DNA of 63,764 nucleotides, counting the filler, from Octopus bimaculoides (taxonomy: Eukaryota), in the NCBI RefSeq assembly GCF_001194135.2. It is 6 parts of 6 records of this genome, joined end to end, with 100 filler letters (N's around TTAATTAATTAA, not from the genome) between each part and the next. Parts side by side here need not be neighbours in the genome. Positions count along the whole stretch, not along the records: positions 1 to 5,381 come from NC_068989.1; positions 5,482 to 29,838 come from NC_068983.1; 4 more parts are not named here. One strand, written 5' to 3'. A model generated the notes under the pieces. The model saw nothing but the letters and a program-made list of their open reading frames with translations, had not been told where the DNA came from and made no database searches. Made by a program: the position numbers and the translations under genes. Below, one piece after another: positions 1 through 13,500 of this stretch; the stretch's first letter is position 1, and every line of letters begins with the position of its first letter.

Positions 1-260
1 ACTTGCAAAGTGTTGAGTAAAATTATTTCGTTGCAGACCTCCTTTGGGTCTTTTTATTATCACTACGACACACATAGTCCCCAGTTGGTAACATTGATTT
101 CAAGGCCCTCCGAGATGAGAGACTGGCATTCCACTTAATGTCTATGTTCCATGCTGGCATGGATTGGAGAATTATTAATGTAGAAATATGGTATCATAGC
201 TACTAACAGTTGAGGGTTGCGTAGTCTAGACGGCGTTTTTAGATTTCATTATTCTCTTTA

Positions 261-289
261 ACCCGGGCAAAGCCGGGTATTTCTGCTAG
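261..289 (+). mobile_element. Helitron-like 3' terminus (GC hairpin followed by CTAG|T)
   Basis: acccgg-gcaaag-ccgggt stem-loop (261-278), 7 nt spacer, then ctag (286-289) and t. No RepHel coding sequence or 5' end identified. Confidence 0.45.
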
Positions 290-717
290 TTTATATATAA
301 AACTTTATTTCAAATATTCACTCGAGTATTGATGGTACTTTCTTTTTCCACTCATTGCAAATTTTTTGAAGGGTAACACACACGACAATTATATATAATT
401 ATAACACTAAATAAAATATAATGGAGGTCACAATATACGAAGAGAACAAGCAAGACTGCGCATCTAAAAAATACAATTCAAGACAGGAATATAGCATTAA
501 CAATTTATTATTCTTGTTCAAACATGTCTTTAGTCATGATATATACTTATCTCGCATTCTATTTTAATAACCATTACTAGTTTAATCATGTATAATATAA
601 TAACTAATATAGGTAAAATTTAGTGTTGTTACTTCACTGCCACCTTACCACCCCTTAAAACCTTCGACATGCCCAGTGCCCCCTTGGGATTGGTAACGAT
701 CACGTTGCCATCTTCTA

Positions 718-1341
718 TTATAGACGACCCGTTTTTCGTTCCATGTCACCTTTCTCTTTAAAAAGTGTCATTTTCTTCATATATAGTTTATATAGTGAAT
801 CGCAGATGAAAGACCTTTGGGCGAGCTTAGCCTCATTCAGTTGATGTAGGACCCAAACATCGAGTCTGCTGACGTAACTAAGATGATGCAGATAATTTTC
901 AACAGTTGATTTGGATATCTGGAGAATATCTGCGGTAATCCTGTTCGTATAACGGGGGCTGGTGTTGACTAACTCCTCCATTTTGTCAGCCAGAGTTAGT
1001 TGCATCTTGAGCGGAAAACTTTCTCGATTGAAATAATCTTGAAAATCACTTGCAGCACGCGTATTCTGTAATAGTATCTTCCCCGTGCATAGTGCATATC
1101 TTCCTACAGGTTTCCGCCGCTTTGTTGCATTTTTCTTTTAAATATAAAAAAAACACGAGGTATCGATAATGTTCGTTTTGGTCCTCCGCTTTCAGGGTGG
1201 TCCCGAGCACTTAAAATACAACCTGTCTCGCTGCAAGTTAGCGTCGCACTACGTTGAAGTGTTAAGTATCTAACGAGTGCTCATGCGCAAGGGACATACT
1301 GAAATCGACAAAAACCGAACGGACCTTTGACCAACCTAATA
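718..1341 (-). mobile_element. mariner transposon 5' fragment (TIR plus degraded N-terminal transposase)
   Basis: ORF 718-1005 has HLSYVSRLDVWVLHQL (WVPHEL-type motif). Upstream frame reads HGEDTITEYACCK (HTH region). TIR-like tattaggttggtcaaaggtccgttcgg on the minus strand ends at TA 1341. Confidence 0.85.
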
Positions 1342-2225
1342 TATCAATGACTTTCTGAAACATCTTTTGACATTATGCTCAGAATGAGCAACAATATATT
1401 TTTATACACTCTAAAGTGCATTGTTGGAAAAATTGTTTAAGAGCCACTACTCTATGTCGTCACTCAACCTACCAGAAATAGCACCAAATCTCCCTCATAG
1501 GAAATAACACATTGGATAATATAGTCCTGCATACTCTTAAAAGGAGGAGATGGCCACAGCTAAAATTCCTTTGATCATAACCCTGCTCAATAAGCCTAAG
1601 CCTGATTTGCAGTTCTTTACAAAAATAAGCAACAATAATATTAGCAGGAGCAACATCAGCCTCAGCAGACTCAGTAACAGTCGTAGCAGCATCAACAACA
1701 GCAATTGCTAAATAAAGATTTAAATAATCTTGTATCTTGTTATTTAAAGCCGCGCGCTTACATGTTGGGTATTTTCACTTACCAATTGACACGAACTTGT
1801 ATTCATATCCCGAAGACATTGGTTTTCAAACATTGCTCTGCGAGATATGGTGCTCCGTGACTAACTAATGTGCCACAAGGTGTATCTGGGTACGCCATAG
1901 ATTTTTAGAAATTAGTTATGAGACTTCAGATAATCCATATTAGCACTTGATCGTCTTGAAAAAACAAAAATTGTTATTCGTAATTTTGTTTGGGAAATAA
2001 AACAAGGTAAACAATGATTATCTACGTAAGCACTATCTATGTATCACAACGTATATATACAATTAACAGGCATGTTGTGGGGTTTTTTGTCTGTGAGAAA
2101 ATCTTTTTATAGACATGCTGTCTTAAAAACAAGAACTCACAGGAAGGCCAGATGCTTACGTCCTTCTTGGAGGCGTTCCCGGCAATCACAGGTGGGATGA
2201 TGGTTGTTTCGCTCCGATATTTATT

Positions 2226-2440
2226 GGTTTCAAATTTTGACACAAGGCCAGCAATTTCGGAGCAGAGTTGAGTCGATTACATCGACTCCAGTACTCAACT
2301 GGTACTTATTTTATCGACTCCGAAAGGATGAAAAACAAAAACCGACCTCGGCGGAAATTGAACTCAGAACGTGCAGACGGACGAAAAACCGCTTAGCATT
2401 TTGCCCGGCGCGGCAACGTTTCTGCCAGCTCGCCGCCTTA
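2226..2440 (-). mobile_element. tRNA-derived SINE, family B
   Basis: Reverse complement of the + copy at 16107-16281 (gagctggcagaa...gttctgagttcaa...gaggtcg...catcctttcgg.gtcgat). B-box-like gagttcaa present. Confidence 0.8.
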
Positions 2441-2969
2441 CGCTCTGATATATCTTGTCTTTTTTTAAGCAATTCTATGAAGAGATTTTATCTCAAACAA
2501 AAGCCAAAACATTATGCCTATCATTGGTGCATGATACAGAGATAGCGTTTATAATTTAATGCCGTTTCAATTGCATACACAGAGTTTAACCTTCTATAGC
2601 TTTTCCAAATTTTCAATTAGATACAACCTTTTTTAAATCTTACTGTGAGAAATGTACCATTTTTCCCCAGTGTGCTATGGGGACAAAAATATTGAGAGCA
2701 ACTACCTTAGATAATGGATCTAAGCGGCCCTATGGTTTTCTTAAAATAATATAACTACTTTAACCAGATAAGAAAAATAAGAAATTTTCTTGTATGCCGA
2801 CATAAATAATATCAGAAGAGATCAGAGAGAAAAAAAAAACCTACCTTATAACAAAAATATCAAGTGTAGTAGGTATGCATAATTTAGAATGACTAATGAA
2901 GCTAATACAGAGAAAATAAACAATTTATCTTAGATAAAGGATTACTGTTTCACTGTACAGTTTGAAAGA

Positions 2970-3125
2970 TAGATATTCTTTTGTCATCAAGGAGCAAGAA
3001 ATAGCTATTAAGAATCTCATTAACAAACGTTACAGAGATGCCAATAGATCATCTTGTCAAAATAATAGATGTCTGTTATGTCAGAATGGTATGAAAAATA
3101 TAACTCATGTCGTTAGCAGCTAGTT
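2970..3125 (+). mobile_element. R4/Dong-like non-LTR fragment (zinc-finger region)
   Basis: Reads FVIKEQEIAIKNLINKRYRD...NNRCLLCQNGMKNITHVVSS*, matching the QEQ...CRLC...HI.S.C region of REL-type elements. Confidence 0.55.
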
Positions 3126-3419
3126 GAAATGTCAGTCAACTTCCGTTAATCAGGTTATATAACAAGAACGTAATACAGTAAAAATAAACAAGAATGCGGA
3201 AGGATTATTAACGTTGAATACTGCCTCTACAAACTGACTATTCCCTTTCACGGAGGCTGTAGACAGGAGAGTCGTTGGTGCGTCGAGTAAAAACATTATG
3301 ATATTTAACACATCTTTACATCCTGAGTTCAAATATCGCCCATGTCGATTTTTCCTCTCAAACTTTCGAGGTCAATAAAACAACGTACTTATTATTGTTG
3401 CTTTGGTCCTATTAACTAA

Positions 3420-3722
3420 CTGATTGGTGCTCCGTCGGTTACGACTACGACGATCCCAGTTGATCCGATCAATGGAACAGCCTGCTCATGAAATTAACGT
3501 GCAAGTGGCTGAGCACTCCACAGACATGCGTACGCTTAACATAGTTCACGGGGGGATTTCAGCGTGGTATAGAAAGTAGCTAGGCTGGCCCTTTGAATTA
3601 CAGGTACAACTCATTTTTTCCAGCTGAGTGAACTGGAGCAACGTGAAATAAAATGTCTTGCTCAAGGACGCAACGTGCCTGGAATTGAACTCACAACTTT
3701 ACGATCGTGAACTAAATCCCTA
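3420..3722 (-). mobile_element. tRNA-derived SINE, family C
   Basis: Minus strand reads gtgagttcaattccagg (B box), then gtccttgagcaagacatttt and ttcactcagctgg. A diverged + copy lies at about 10500-10640. Confidence 0.65.
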
Positions 3723-4061
3723 ATTGGTCCTGTTAAACCTTGATTAAACAACCCCATTAAAAAAAGGTATTCCATCCATGCCTATAGCCTTATTTATTCA
3801 GGCGCAATGTATTTTGGGCTGCATTATACAAGAAACCCCTCCATTTTTGAATACGGTATAGTGTGTTTCACGGAGGTTTGGCTCACATTTAAAGTAAAGT
3901 GACAATGCAAAGACTCCTTTATTAACACGTAAAATACCAGCCAAGTAACGGGGGGTGGGGTGATATAATTGACTAGACTCTGGAAGTAAAAGAATGCAGG
4001 ACTCTGGGAAAGCTGTTCTGGTGGAAATCCACAGGCTCACACACGTACACACAGACATACA

Positions 4062-4127
<66 letters not shown>

Positions 4128-4860
4128 NNNNNNNNNNNNNNNNNNNNNNNNNNNNNNNNNNNNNNNNNNNNNNNNNNNNNNNNNNNNNNNNNNNNNNNNN
4201 NNNNNNNNNNNNNNNNNNNNNNNNNNNNNNNNNNNNNNNNNNNNNNNNNNNNNNNNNNNNNNNNNNNNNNNNNNNNNNNNNNNNNNNNNNNNNNNNNNNN
4301 NNNNNNNNNNNNNNNNNNNNNNNNNNNNNNNNNNNNNNNNNNNNNNNNNNNNNNNNNNNNNNNNNNNNNNNNNNNNNNNNNNNNNNNNNNNNNNNNNNNN
4401 NNNNNNNNNNNNNNNNNNNNNNNNNNNNNNNNNNNNNNNNNNNNNNNNNNNNNNNNNNNNNNNNNNNNNNNNNNNNNNNNNNNNNNNNNNNNNNNNNNNN
4501 NNNNNNNNNNNNNNNNNNNNNNNNNNNNNNNNNNNNNNNNNNNNNNNNNNNNNNNNNNNNNNNNNNNNNNNNNNNNNNNNNNNNNNNNNNNNNNNNNNNN
4601 NNNNNNNNNNNNNNNNNNNNNNNNNNNNNNNNNNNNNNNNNNNNNNNNNNNNNNNNNNNNNNNNNNNNNNNNNNNNNNNNNNNNNNNNNNNNNNNNNNNN
4701 NNNNNNNNNNNNNNNNNNNNNNNNNNNNNNNNNNNNNNNNNNNNNNNNNNNNNNNNNNNNNNNNNNNNNNNNNNNNNNNNNNNNNNNNNNNNNNNNNNNN
4801 NNNNNNNNNNNNNNNNNNNNNNNNNNNNNNNNNNNNNNNNNNNNNNNNNNNNNNNNNNNN

Positions 4861-5340
4861 GGATACGATATGATATATATCCATCACTATAAACAGCACA
4901 TGAAAATACCCACACGGATTCTATACACGGATATTTACTGTTGGAATGGAACTATACTCCAAGTACTTTTTCTTCTTTGTTTTTCTTCTCCACATCGCTC
5001 TCATTTCTTACTGAAAATCTCCTCAGATAGATGTAATAATCCATTCTTCTACTATTACCGTTTCCGATGAAGGGATACATTGAATCTTCCCTGAAACAGC
5101 TGTAAGACATTCTACATAAAATATAANNNNNNNNNNCATTGAATCTTCCCTGAAACAGCTGTAAGACATTCTACATAAAATATAAATTTATTTATGCCAT
5201 AGGTCTCTTTATCTCATTCTTTTTTATATATACACACGCTAATACACGACCCATGTTATATTCCCCATTCCTGTTACAACCACATCTGGGGTATAACTAA
5301 TCGGTATACAGCACTTACTCGGTAGTACCTGTATTTTTAG
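4861..5340 (+). mobile_element. probable Penelope-like element 3' tail / pLTR remnant
   Basis: Carries a minimal hammerhead motif at 5060-5108 in unique sequence between gaps. The PLE assignment is inferred from the HHR type. Confidence 0.4.
5060..5108 (+). ncRNA. minimal type I hammerhead ribozyme motif, core-mutated (CCGATGA)
   Basis: Stem I gttt/agac, core cCgatga, stem II aggga/tccct, GAAA, palindromic stem III acagctgt, GUA triplet. Confidence 0.55.
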
Positions 5341-5425
5341 GGTCTGGTTGACTCCATTACCTTTCATAACCTATATATATANNNNNNNNNNNNNNNNNNN
5401 NNNNNNNNNNNNNNNNNNNNNNNNN

Positions 5426-5437
5426 TTAATTAATTAA
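5426..5437. other. artificial scaffold linker TTAATTAATTAA flanked by 44 N on each side
   Basis: The same construct (stops in all six frames, 100 bp in total) recurs at 29883-29894, 33449-33460, 44104-44115 and 62616-62627. Confidence 0.9.
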
Positions 5438-5701
5438 NNNNNNNNNNNNNNNNNNNNNNNNNNNNNNNNNNNNNNNNNNNNCATTCATTTACAAATATAT
5501 ATTTTAAGCTGTATTTACAGTCATGATTAAAACTTGAATATCAATATATAGCATTTCTCGGCAATTTGCCACGTTGATATGTAAATAGTGTACCTTTGAT
5601 AAATAACAGGTTTTGAAAGAAATTTGTGAAAGTACCAACGACTATGAATGTGTAGACCAGCATTTATGAAAATATATTTAATGAAAATACTTAAGATTGC
5701 G

Positions 5702-5751
<50 letters not shown>

Positions 5752-6860
5752 CATACAGAGGTATATTACTGGTTTCAGTTGCACCCCCATATATAAAAAT
5801 GCGCAAACAGACAATTGAATAAGTTTGAACATAGATGTATGCAAGTACCTGTATTTATGTATTTTCTACAAAAGATAAAAGCTGACATAAATGCATCCAA
5901 ACCACTATACATAGGGGGAAATGCAGTAATACATTTACATATATTCCTACATATGTCGAACTCTATACAAATACACAAGTATATACTTATATATATTTTA
6001 CAAATAAGAATATATATAGATATAAAAGGTTTATTTATAAACAGAGATTCACACATATGAAAAATACATAGGTACGCATTTATATTTATGTACATAAAAA
6101 TAAAATGCAATACTCACTTCAGAGATAGCATGGAGGCTTATTAATTCAGTGGTTTACAGTCGTGAAAATAATGGAGATAGATTATAAAATGTTATCCAGT
6201 TAAACTGCCTTAAAAGATTTAGCCTTAGAAGTATTGCTCGAGATCTGCATTAAAGTGTCATCCTGTATAGTCTCAAGCTTCTTATATTTTGGTGAAGCAC
6301 TTGCTAGACAATCATCCGTAGAACAAAGTTTAATGAAAATATAATTAACGTCAGTTATGTTTGTACACAAAATCGATCGATTGTTATAATCAAGAACAAA
6401 AGTGGAGCTTTCACATTTCGAAATATTTGAAACCACTAACATCAATGCATTTTCAGAAATTATTGAATTTTGTCCTGTTAACGGTGTTTATCGAAGGCAC
6501 ATTTATGCCATATCAAAATGATCTTTATGGAAGGCGCTGTAAGACGTCGTATTGGCCTTATTGAAAATACTGCACATACATTCCTTGAAGCATATGCACA
6601 AATAGTGTACACAGATTTCTCAATACGATTGCGTTATGGGAAAGAGAGAAACTGTTGCATGGAATAGGCATTGTTTAGTAGGAAAAATGACTTATTTAAA
6701 GTATGTATTGCGACAAATTAAACAAAAAATAATAACAAAAATAATCTAATTATAATATCTTCATAAAAGTATGCATTAAAACAGTTTAAAGAGTCTGAAT
6801 GGTATTACATGAGGTAACTCCACCGGTTATGTTGCTCTACTCCTCTATTCGTCTCTATAA

Positions 6861-7021
6861 GAGCAGGTGTGGTTGTGTGGTAAGAAGTTTGCTTCCAGCC
6901 ACAAGGTTCCGGGTTCAGATCCAACTACATGACACCTTGGACAAGTGTCTTCTACTATAGCTTCTGGCTGACCAAAGCTTTGTCAGTGGATTTGGTAGAC
7001 GGAAATTGAAAGAAGCCTGTC

Positions 7022-7077
<56 letters not shown>

Positions 7078-7298
7078 CTGTGTCTCTATGTCTGTGTTTG
7101 TCCCCCTTCCAACGCCTGACAACCGATGCCAGTGTGTCTATGTCCCTGTAACTTGATGGTTTGGCAAAATAGACTGATGGAATACGTACCGATCTTACAA
7201 AGAATTAAGTCCTGGAGTCAATTTCTTCGACTAAAACCCTTTAAGGAGGTGTTTCAGCCGGAGTCAAATGACTGAAACAAGTAAAAGAATAAAAGAAT
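6861..7298 (+). mobile_element. tRNA-derived SINE, family A (internal TA/TG microsatellite)
   Basis: Head gtggttgtgtggtaag...ccgggttca, body caagtgtcttctactatagc...gtggatttggtagacggaaa, tail gtcaaatgactgaaacaagtaaaaga. Homologous to the copies at 21570, 32268, 32661 and 54790. Confidence 0.85.
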
Positions 7299-8411
7299 AT
7301 ATATATAAATATACCCTCTCTACATAATCTATATTATTGCTGTTGTTTGCTGTTCATTACCGTAGTTTATTTCTTATTCCCATTTATAGAGCGTGTCAGT
7401 TGTTAATTATATAATTTTATCTTACTGTAAAGCCAAGCAGGTCTGGAATGGACTGCTTGACCACAAGGCAATTTTGTTCCACTCGCGCAAAATTTTGTAA
7501 TATAAAAAAGCTTTTCATGTCTTAACAAAGTTGCCAAAGCGTTTTGTAATGCTTTCGTCATTGCCGGTTGACTGGCAAGAAGAGGATGTAGGTGGTAGTT
7601 TTGAAGAGTAATCTATCCTTTATAGTTAAAATCCACCTCTTCACAGCATCCCAGGAGCAGCAAAAATAGTAACCGATTCAGAAGCAATAGCAGCAACAAC
7701 AGGGTAGAAGCCGCAGCAACAACAACAACAATACCTGTAGCAACTGTAACAACAACACCGATAACAGTAGTAGCGACAATGTGTGAAATTGTAGCCGGCA
7801 ATATCAGGAAAACTGCCGCCATGCCCCACAAAATCACAAGTAGGAGAGAAGAATCCATTCATTCATTGCCGCGATTCATAGACACATAGCATTTGATACG
7901 CCGTATCTTGAGGATTAAAGTGAACATTCTGAAATGTAATGACTAATTTTACGTGGCATAGAGTGGCAGCCAATGTGATCAATTTCTTTCTCCTTCCAAG
8001 TCTTATTTTGCTTTACTTGGAGATGGTTATATTTTGCGCAGATAAAGAAACATACAAGAGAAAGACAAAATTGAATAAGCAGAACAAGTGGAGGTACGTG
8101 GGATAAAAAATCGTTGGAGAGGTCACAGGATATATGACAAAAGAGCTTCGACATAGAAACTAAAATAATAATAATAAAGCTGAAGTGAAGACCAAATATA
8201 TAATGCCTGTCGTTTTATTGTGTTTGTCTGTATAGAGTGATAACCATAATGGAGGTGAGAAAGACAAAATAAGTTGCCATTCAGCAATTTTTATTGCTCT
8301 ACATCCATCCTAACATAAAAAGTTTTTGACATCGCTGTTAGTTTGGTGTAAATGACTTTCATAAAACCCTATAGATGGCTGCTTACTCATTTAGGGAAGC
8401 AATCAACTTTG

Positions 8412-8447
<36 letters not shown>

Positions 8448-8855
8448 ACGTTTTGAATACAAATGTCGTCGCTGTAGTTCATGCTGGTAAGATCATGGAC
8501 ATTGATTCTGATTCTCAAAAGTCTAGACTTTATCAAAGTTTTCCTCTTTTTGATTAAATATGTTTGCAACATATTCAACTTGATTATCTGTAGCAATTTG
8601 TTTATCATTTTTATGTTTGCTTCTGATTGTATTTTTCTTACGAAGCGCAAACTGTCAATATTATTATTAATCATATTTTATCATTGAAGTAATTTCTTGA
8701 TTAGAATTATCGGATATTTCGNNNNNNNNNNNNNNNNNNNNNNNNNNNNNNNNNNNNNNNNNNNNNNNNNNNNNNNNNNNNNNNNNNNNNNNNNNNNNNN
8801 NNNNNNNNNNNNNNNNNNNNNNNNNNNNNNNNNNNNNNNNNNNNNNNNNNNNNNN

Positions 8856-8875
8856 CCACCACCACCACCACCACC

Positions 8876-8950
<75 letters not shown>
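8856..8950 (+). repeat. compound (ACC)n(ACT)n microsatellite
   Basis: Directly visible. Confidence 0.95.
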
Positions 8951-8951
<1 letters not shown>

Positions 8952-9400
8952 GTGGCTGTGCGGTTACAAGGTTCGCGTGGCAACCACTTGGTTTAAGAAT
9001 CGGTCTCACTGTACGGCACATTGAGGGACTTTCCTTTATTATAACCCCAAGCCGACCACTGTATTGTGAATGATTTTGGCAACGAATACATATATGTGTG
9101 TGTGTTTGTGTGTGTGTATGCGTATGTATGTATGTATGTATGTATGTGTGTATGTATGTATGTATGTATGTGTATGTATATGTGTGCATAAGTTTGTTTT
9201 GTTTTTTTATTTGTATTGTACATTTTGACAACCAAGATTGATTTGTTTGCGTCCCTGTAACATAGTAAAATCGATTGAAAACAAGGCCAATAAAATAAGT
9301 ACCCCACTTAAAAGTAAACACTGGTGTTGATGAAATCGATTACACCGTTCAAGGCGGAGATCCAACTACAGTACAAGAACTGAAACGAGGAAGAAGGTAA
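8952..9400 (+). mobile_element. highly diverged SINE family A copy
   Basis: gtggctgtgcggtta head, internal TG/TATG repeat, tail remnants (gtccctgtaac, aataagtac, gaactgaaac). Confidence 0.45.
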
Positions 9401-10025
9401 AAAAGTTAAACGACTGTGTATGTATCTGGTGGCGAGTATGTAAGGAACTAGACGGCCTACATCACCCTCACAAGGGACTTTTCAGAAAAAAAAAAATGTA
9501 TTTTTTTGGGCGTGCTTATGAATTTAGTATTTATTCAAAGGCTTGAATAATAAAGGTACAAAATAGAATAATATATAAAAAAAAACGAAGTAAACACGCA
9601 ACTAAGTCAACAGGGAAATCCTATTTAATATTACTATTGTATTTTCTAAGCGAAAACAGATATTGATTAATTATTAGAGACAACATTTTATAACGAAATA
9701 AGCTAAGTGGTACAGTAAAACCTTAAACAAGAAATCAGAGAACAGAGCTGTAAGTTATGAATTGAAATATTTTAAATGTAAACAGAAGTAGAGTCTTATT
9801 TGAGAAAACATGTTCAGCTTAGTAATGACAGAATGTTTAATGAAAACCGAACTCTCAGTACGGTTAAATATAAACAAAAACACGATTGGAATTTTATAAC
9901 ACGTTGTTTTCTATTCAAAATTTGAATCCTCTTGAAAGCCTGACAATTCTTCTTAATTAACATGACCTAAAAATGAATTTCACTAGTGTTCATTGTACAG
10001 CCACTAAAAGATGTACTGATTAAAA

Positions 10026-10029
<4 letters not shown>

Positions 10030-10098
<69 letters not shown>
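10030..10098 (+). repeat. (ATT)n microsatellite
   Basis: Directly visible. Confidence 0.95.
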
Positions 10099-10100
<2 letters not shown>

Positions 10101-10499
10101 TTGCCAGAATTTCTTCACCCATTCAAGCACATTTATTACCAGAGACAGAAAGAGAGAGGGAGAGTAGGGGGTGTACACGTGCATTTTCTTGAATGCGTGC
10201 TCATGGTTTAAACTTCCTATTTGTTTGTTCTATAATTAGTGCAACCTTTGCTTAAATTACTTTGTTTATTTTTATATCCAAAAGCTGTAATTAGATCTTC
10301 AGGCCACTAAGAATAATAACACCTGTCAATGCATGAAATTTCAATGGAACTTTGTGAATATTTCTGTTTGATTCAATTCAAAACAAGTTCTTTACATGCG
10401 TATATAGCATTATGACATTTAAATATTTTGCTTTTGTACTGAACTCGTATTCATCTGCAGTTGATGAGTTCTTCCGTACTTATTGAGAATCCTCTATGG

Positions 10500-10640
10500 A
10501 ACCGTGTGGTCTAGTGGTTAGAGTTTGTTTACGATTATAATGTCATAATTTCGATTTTTGGACTGAGTGGTGTGTTGTGTCCCTTGCCAAGTTTCTTAGT
10601 TTCATGTTGCGCAAGTCTACTCAGCTGAAATGAATACTGC
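10500..10640 (+). mobile_element. diverged SINE family C head
   Basis: ggtctagtggttag (A-box-like), ttgtgtcccttgccaag, ctactcagctg; similar to the 3420-3722 copy. Confidence 0.4.
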
Positions 10641-11666
10641 CAAGTGATGTTACAATCCTTTCAGTCAGCAGTCACAACTTTGCTGTTCCGCTTAGTCAAG
10701 GAAATGAAGGTGTCCAAGAGGGCATCTATGTTTACATGCGACTTTATATGCACCTAAAAACGTTAGCAAACTCATGGCGTATATATACCAAGTCATTCTT
10801 GATTCTGAGTAGTTACCATAGATGACTCCTAAACAAAATCATTTCCAATGTTTTAACGAAAAACTATAACGAGAAGTTTATTATTCATCGGTAATTACAA
10901 TAAAATGATGAAATGAATACAAATTTACAGTAAAAGGGTTCAACATTAGCTTCTGGGTCGTTGCTCGACATGCTAGAAATAGTAACCGAATCTCCCAAAT
11001 TGCACACTGCTATTTATAAGAGAAGTATACACTAGATATCTTTTAGAGTGTCACGTATTAAAAAAAAGACGGGATGTCACGAATGGAATTATTTTGCTTA
11101 TAGATCGTCTTGAATAGAGTTGAACTGGGGTTAACAAAATGTTTTCGAAATAAATTATGTGCAGATGCCTTCAAATATAATTATCTAAGGAAAATTTCCG
11201 GTTACTAGGAAAATTTCTAGATGTTTTATAGTACTTAATCTTAAAATGTTTTCGTTATCTTAGCAATCATTTTGTAACTAAACAATGCTGATATTCTTAC
11301 TAAACATGGACCATCTTTGACATCCTGTAAATAATCATCTTGTATAAGTAATCATCACCAGAAGTTGTACTTAGCAAACACTTTTCTTTTGTTCCGTTTT
11401 CATACGAAATTTACTGCTTATATTTTCCGGACAAGTTTCTGTAAACGACGGGATAGCATATGGAAAAATATTTTCGTTGTGATGCAAAATAATACGCCAA
11501 CTGAAAAACTCGATATTTCTACTGTTAGAGAAGACAACAAAAAAAAACTATTTGAAACTGTTTGTTCAAACATTGTATGTATGTATGTATGTATGTATGT
11601 ATGTATGTATGTATGTATGTATGTCTGAATGCATGTGCAATTGTATGTATGCATGTGTATGTATAC

Positions 11667-11707
<41 letters not shown>

Positions 11708-12848
11708 TAGGTATGTCTGTATATATGCTTTTTTTAGCGTTATGCTAGGAGTAGCAGTAGTCATGAGTTTTTATTCTTTTAGGGACTCTGTGAGGGTGAT
11801 AGGAAGGTAGTTAATTATCCTCAAGCTAAAGCACTATACCATACCAAATGCTTGCTAGACTATAATCTCGGCAAAGGCTCCCTATAGGGACAGTATAACT
11901 AACAATTCGGAATACGAAGATCCGTATCAAATACTGCAAAGCATTTCTACCCATGATCTAAATATTACACCAGTCCACCGGAATGGTACGACTCCGATAA
12001 CACTCACATACACACGCACACACACACACCTATATATATATATATATATATATNNNNNNNNNNNNNNNNNNNNNNNNNNNNNNNNNNNNNNNNNNNNNNN
12101 NNNNNNNNNNNNNNNNNNNNNNNNNNNNNNNNNNNNNNNNNNNNNNNNNNNNNNNNNNNNNNNNNNNNNNNNNNNNNNNNNNNNNNNNNNNNNNNNNNNN
12201 NNNNNNNNNNNNNNNNNNNNNNNNNNNNNNNNNNNNNNNNNNNNNNNNNNNNNNNNNNNNNNNNNNNNNNNNNNNNNNNNNNNNNNNNNNNNNNNNNNNN
12301 NNNNNNNNNNNNNNNNNNNNNNNNNNNNNNNNNNNNNNNNNNNNNNNNNNNNNNNNNNNNNNNNNNNNNNNNNNNNNNNNNNNNNNNNNNNNNNNNNNNN
12401 NNNNNNNNNNNNNNNNNNNNNNNNNNNNNNNNNNNNNNNNNNNNNNNNNNNNNNNNNNNNNNNNNNNNNNNNNNNNNNNNNNNNNNNNNNNNNNNNNNNN
12501 NNNNNNNNNNNNNNNNNNNNNNNNNNNNNNNNNNNNNNNNNNNNNNNNNNNNNNNNNNNNNNNNNNNNNNNNNNNNNNNNNNNNNNNNNNNNNNNNNNNN
12601 NNNNNNNNNNNNNNNNNNAAGATAAAATTAGTACATATTTAACCGGTGTAATAGTTAAAGCTATACTATTTAAAGCTAAAGACGTTTATTTAATTATAAT
12701 TCAAGATCAATTGAATAATAGAAAAATACAAGATTATTTATTTCTACAAACGTAATAATAAAAAATATGAATGAAAAAATTAGGAAAATATATACATACA
12801 TATATATATATATATGTATATATATATGTATATATATATGTATGTGTA

Positions 12849-12896
<48 letters not shown>

Positions 12897-13029
12897 CGGT
12901 AGAAGTTAGTGATCCAAGGAGCAAGAGTTTCGTGCGCTGGCCCTTATCAACTGAGCAGCTGTAAATCCTGTGTACTTGAGTGATGTTCACCTAATATCAT
13001 GATACTTTAAACCTTTATACTGATTATAC

Positions 13030-13500
13030 ACGTTATTTATTAATTTCTCTACTGTTTAGTTGTCTAAGTGACTCAATGCGGCGCTCAAAGATAGTCCGGA
13101 TTAATGTTATGACTTTAATCTCATCCCTCCGTTTAACATAAATCTTGTTACTGCCGCTGGTGATATGGAAGTTACCAGCTGTTGTTAGTATCTTCTTAGT
13201 CCTGATATCCAATTTGAGGAATTCCATTAGTCTAGTATTCGAAATGTTGGTACTAGCACTGGCACGCCAAAAGCGTTGCGGGATACAGTTTTATTGAATG
13301 CAGACTGCTCTGATAACTGTACCTCCTAAGTGTGCTGAGGTACTGTTTCTTTCTCAAGCACCAACATATGCGATTACTCTCGCCGATTCCAAGGTATTTG
13401 TAACGTTTATCACTGGTGACACGTCGTTGACATCCGTATTCCTTGCCTGGTGAACAACATTTTCTTGTTTGACTGCCAAATATTAACACTTGTCCTGAAC
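13030..13500 (-). mobile_element. R4/Dong-like LINE RT C-terminal fragment
   Basis: YKYLGI motif (ORF 13253-13489), then LDIRTKKILTTAGNFH...KIYVKRR (degenerate LD.KTRK.L...GNFHP..D..RLY..R). Confidence 0.65.

Noticed and set aside
5138-5184. Apparent tandem duplication of the hammerhead 3' half (would suggest a dimeric HHR)
   Set aside because: The copies flank a 10-N gap and are identical, so most likely contig overlap.
5426-5437. Recurrent palindromic TTAATTAATTAA motif (five copies)
   Set aside because: Always centred in 44 N + 44 N; an artificial six-frame-stop linker, not biology.
7613-7862. Hydrophobic or Cys-rich small ORFs
   Set aside because: Produced by degenerate CAA/CAG/TAG trinucleotide runs.
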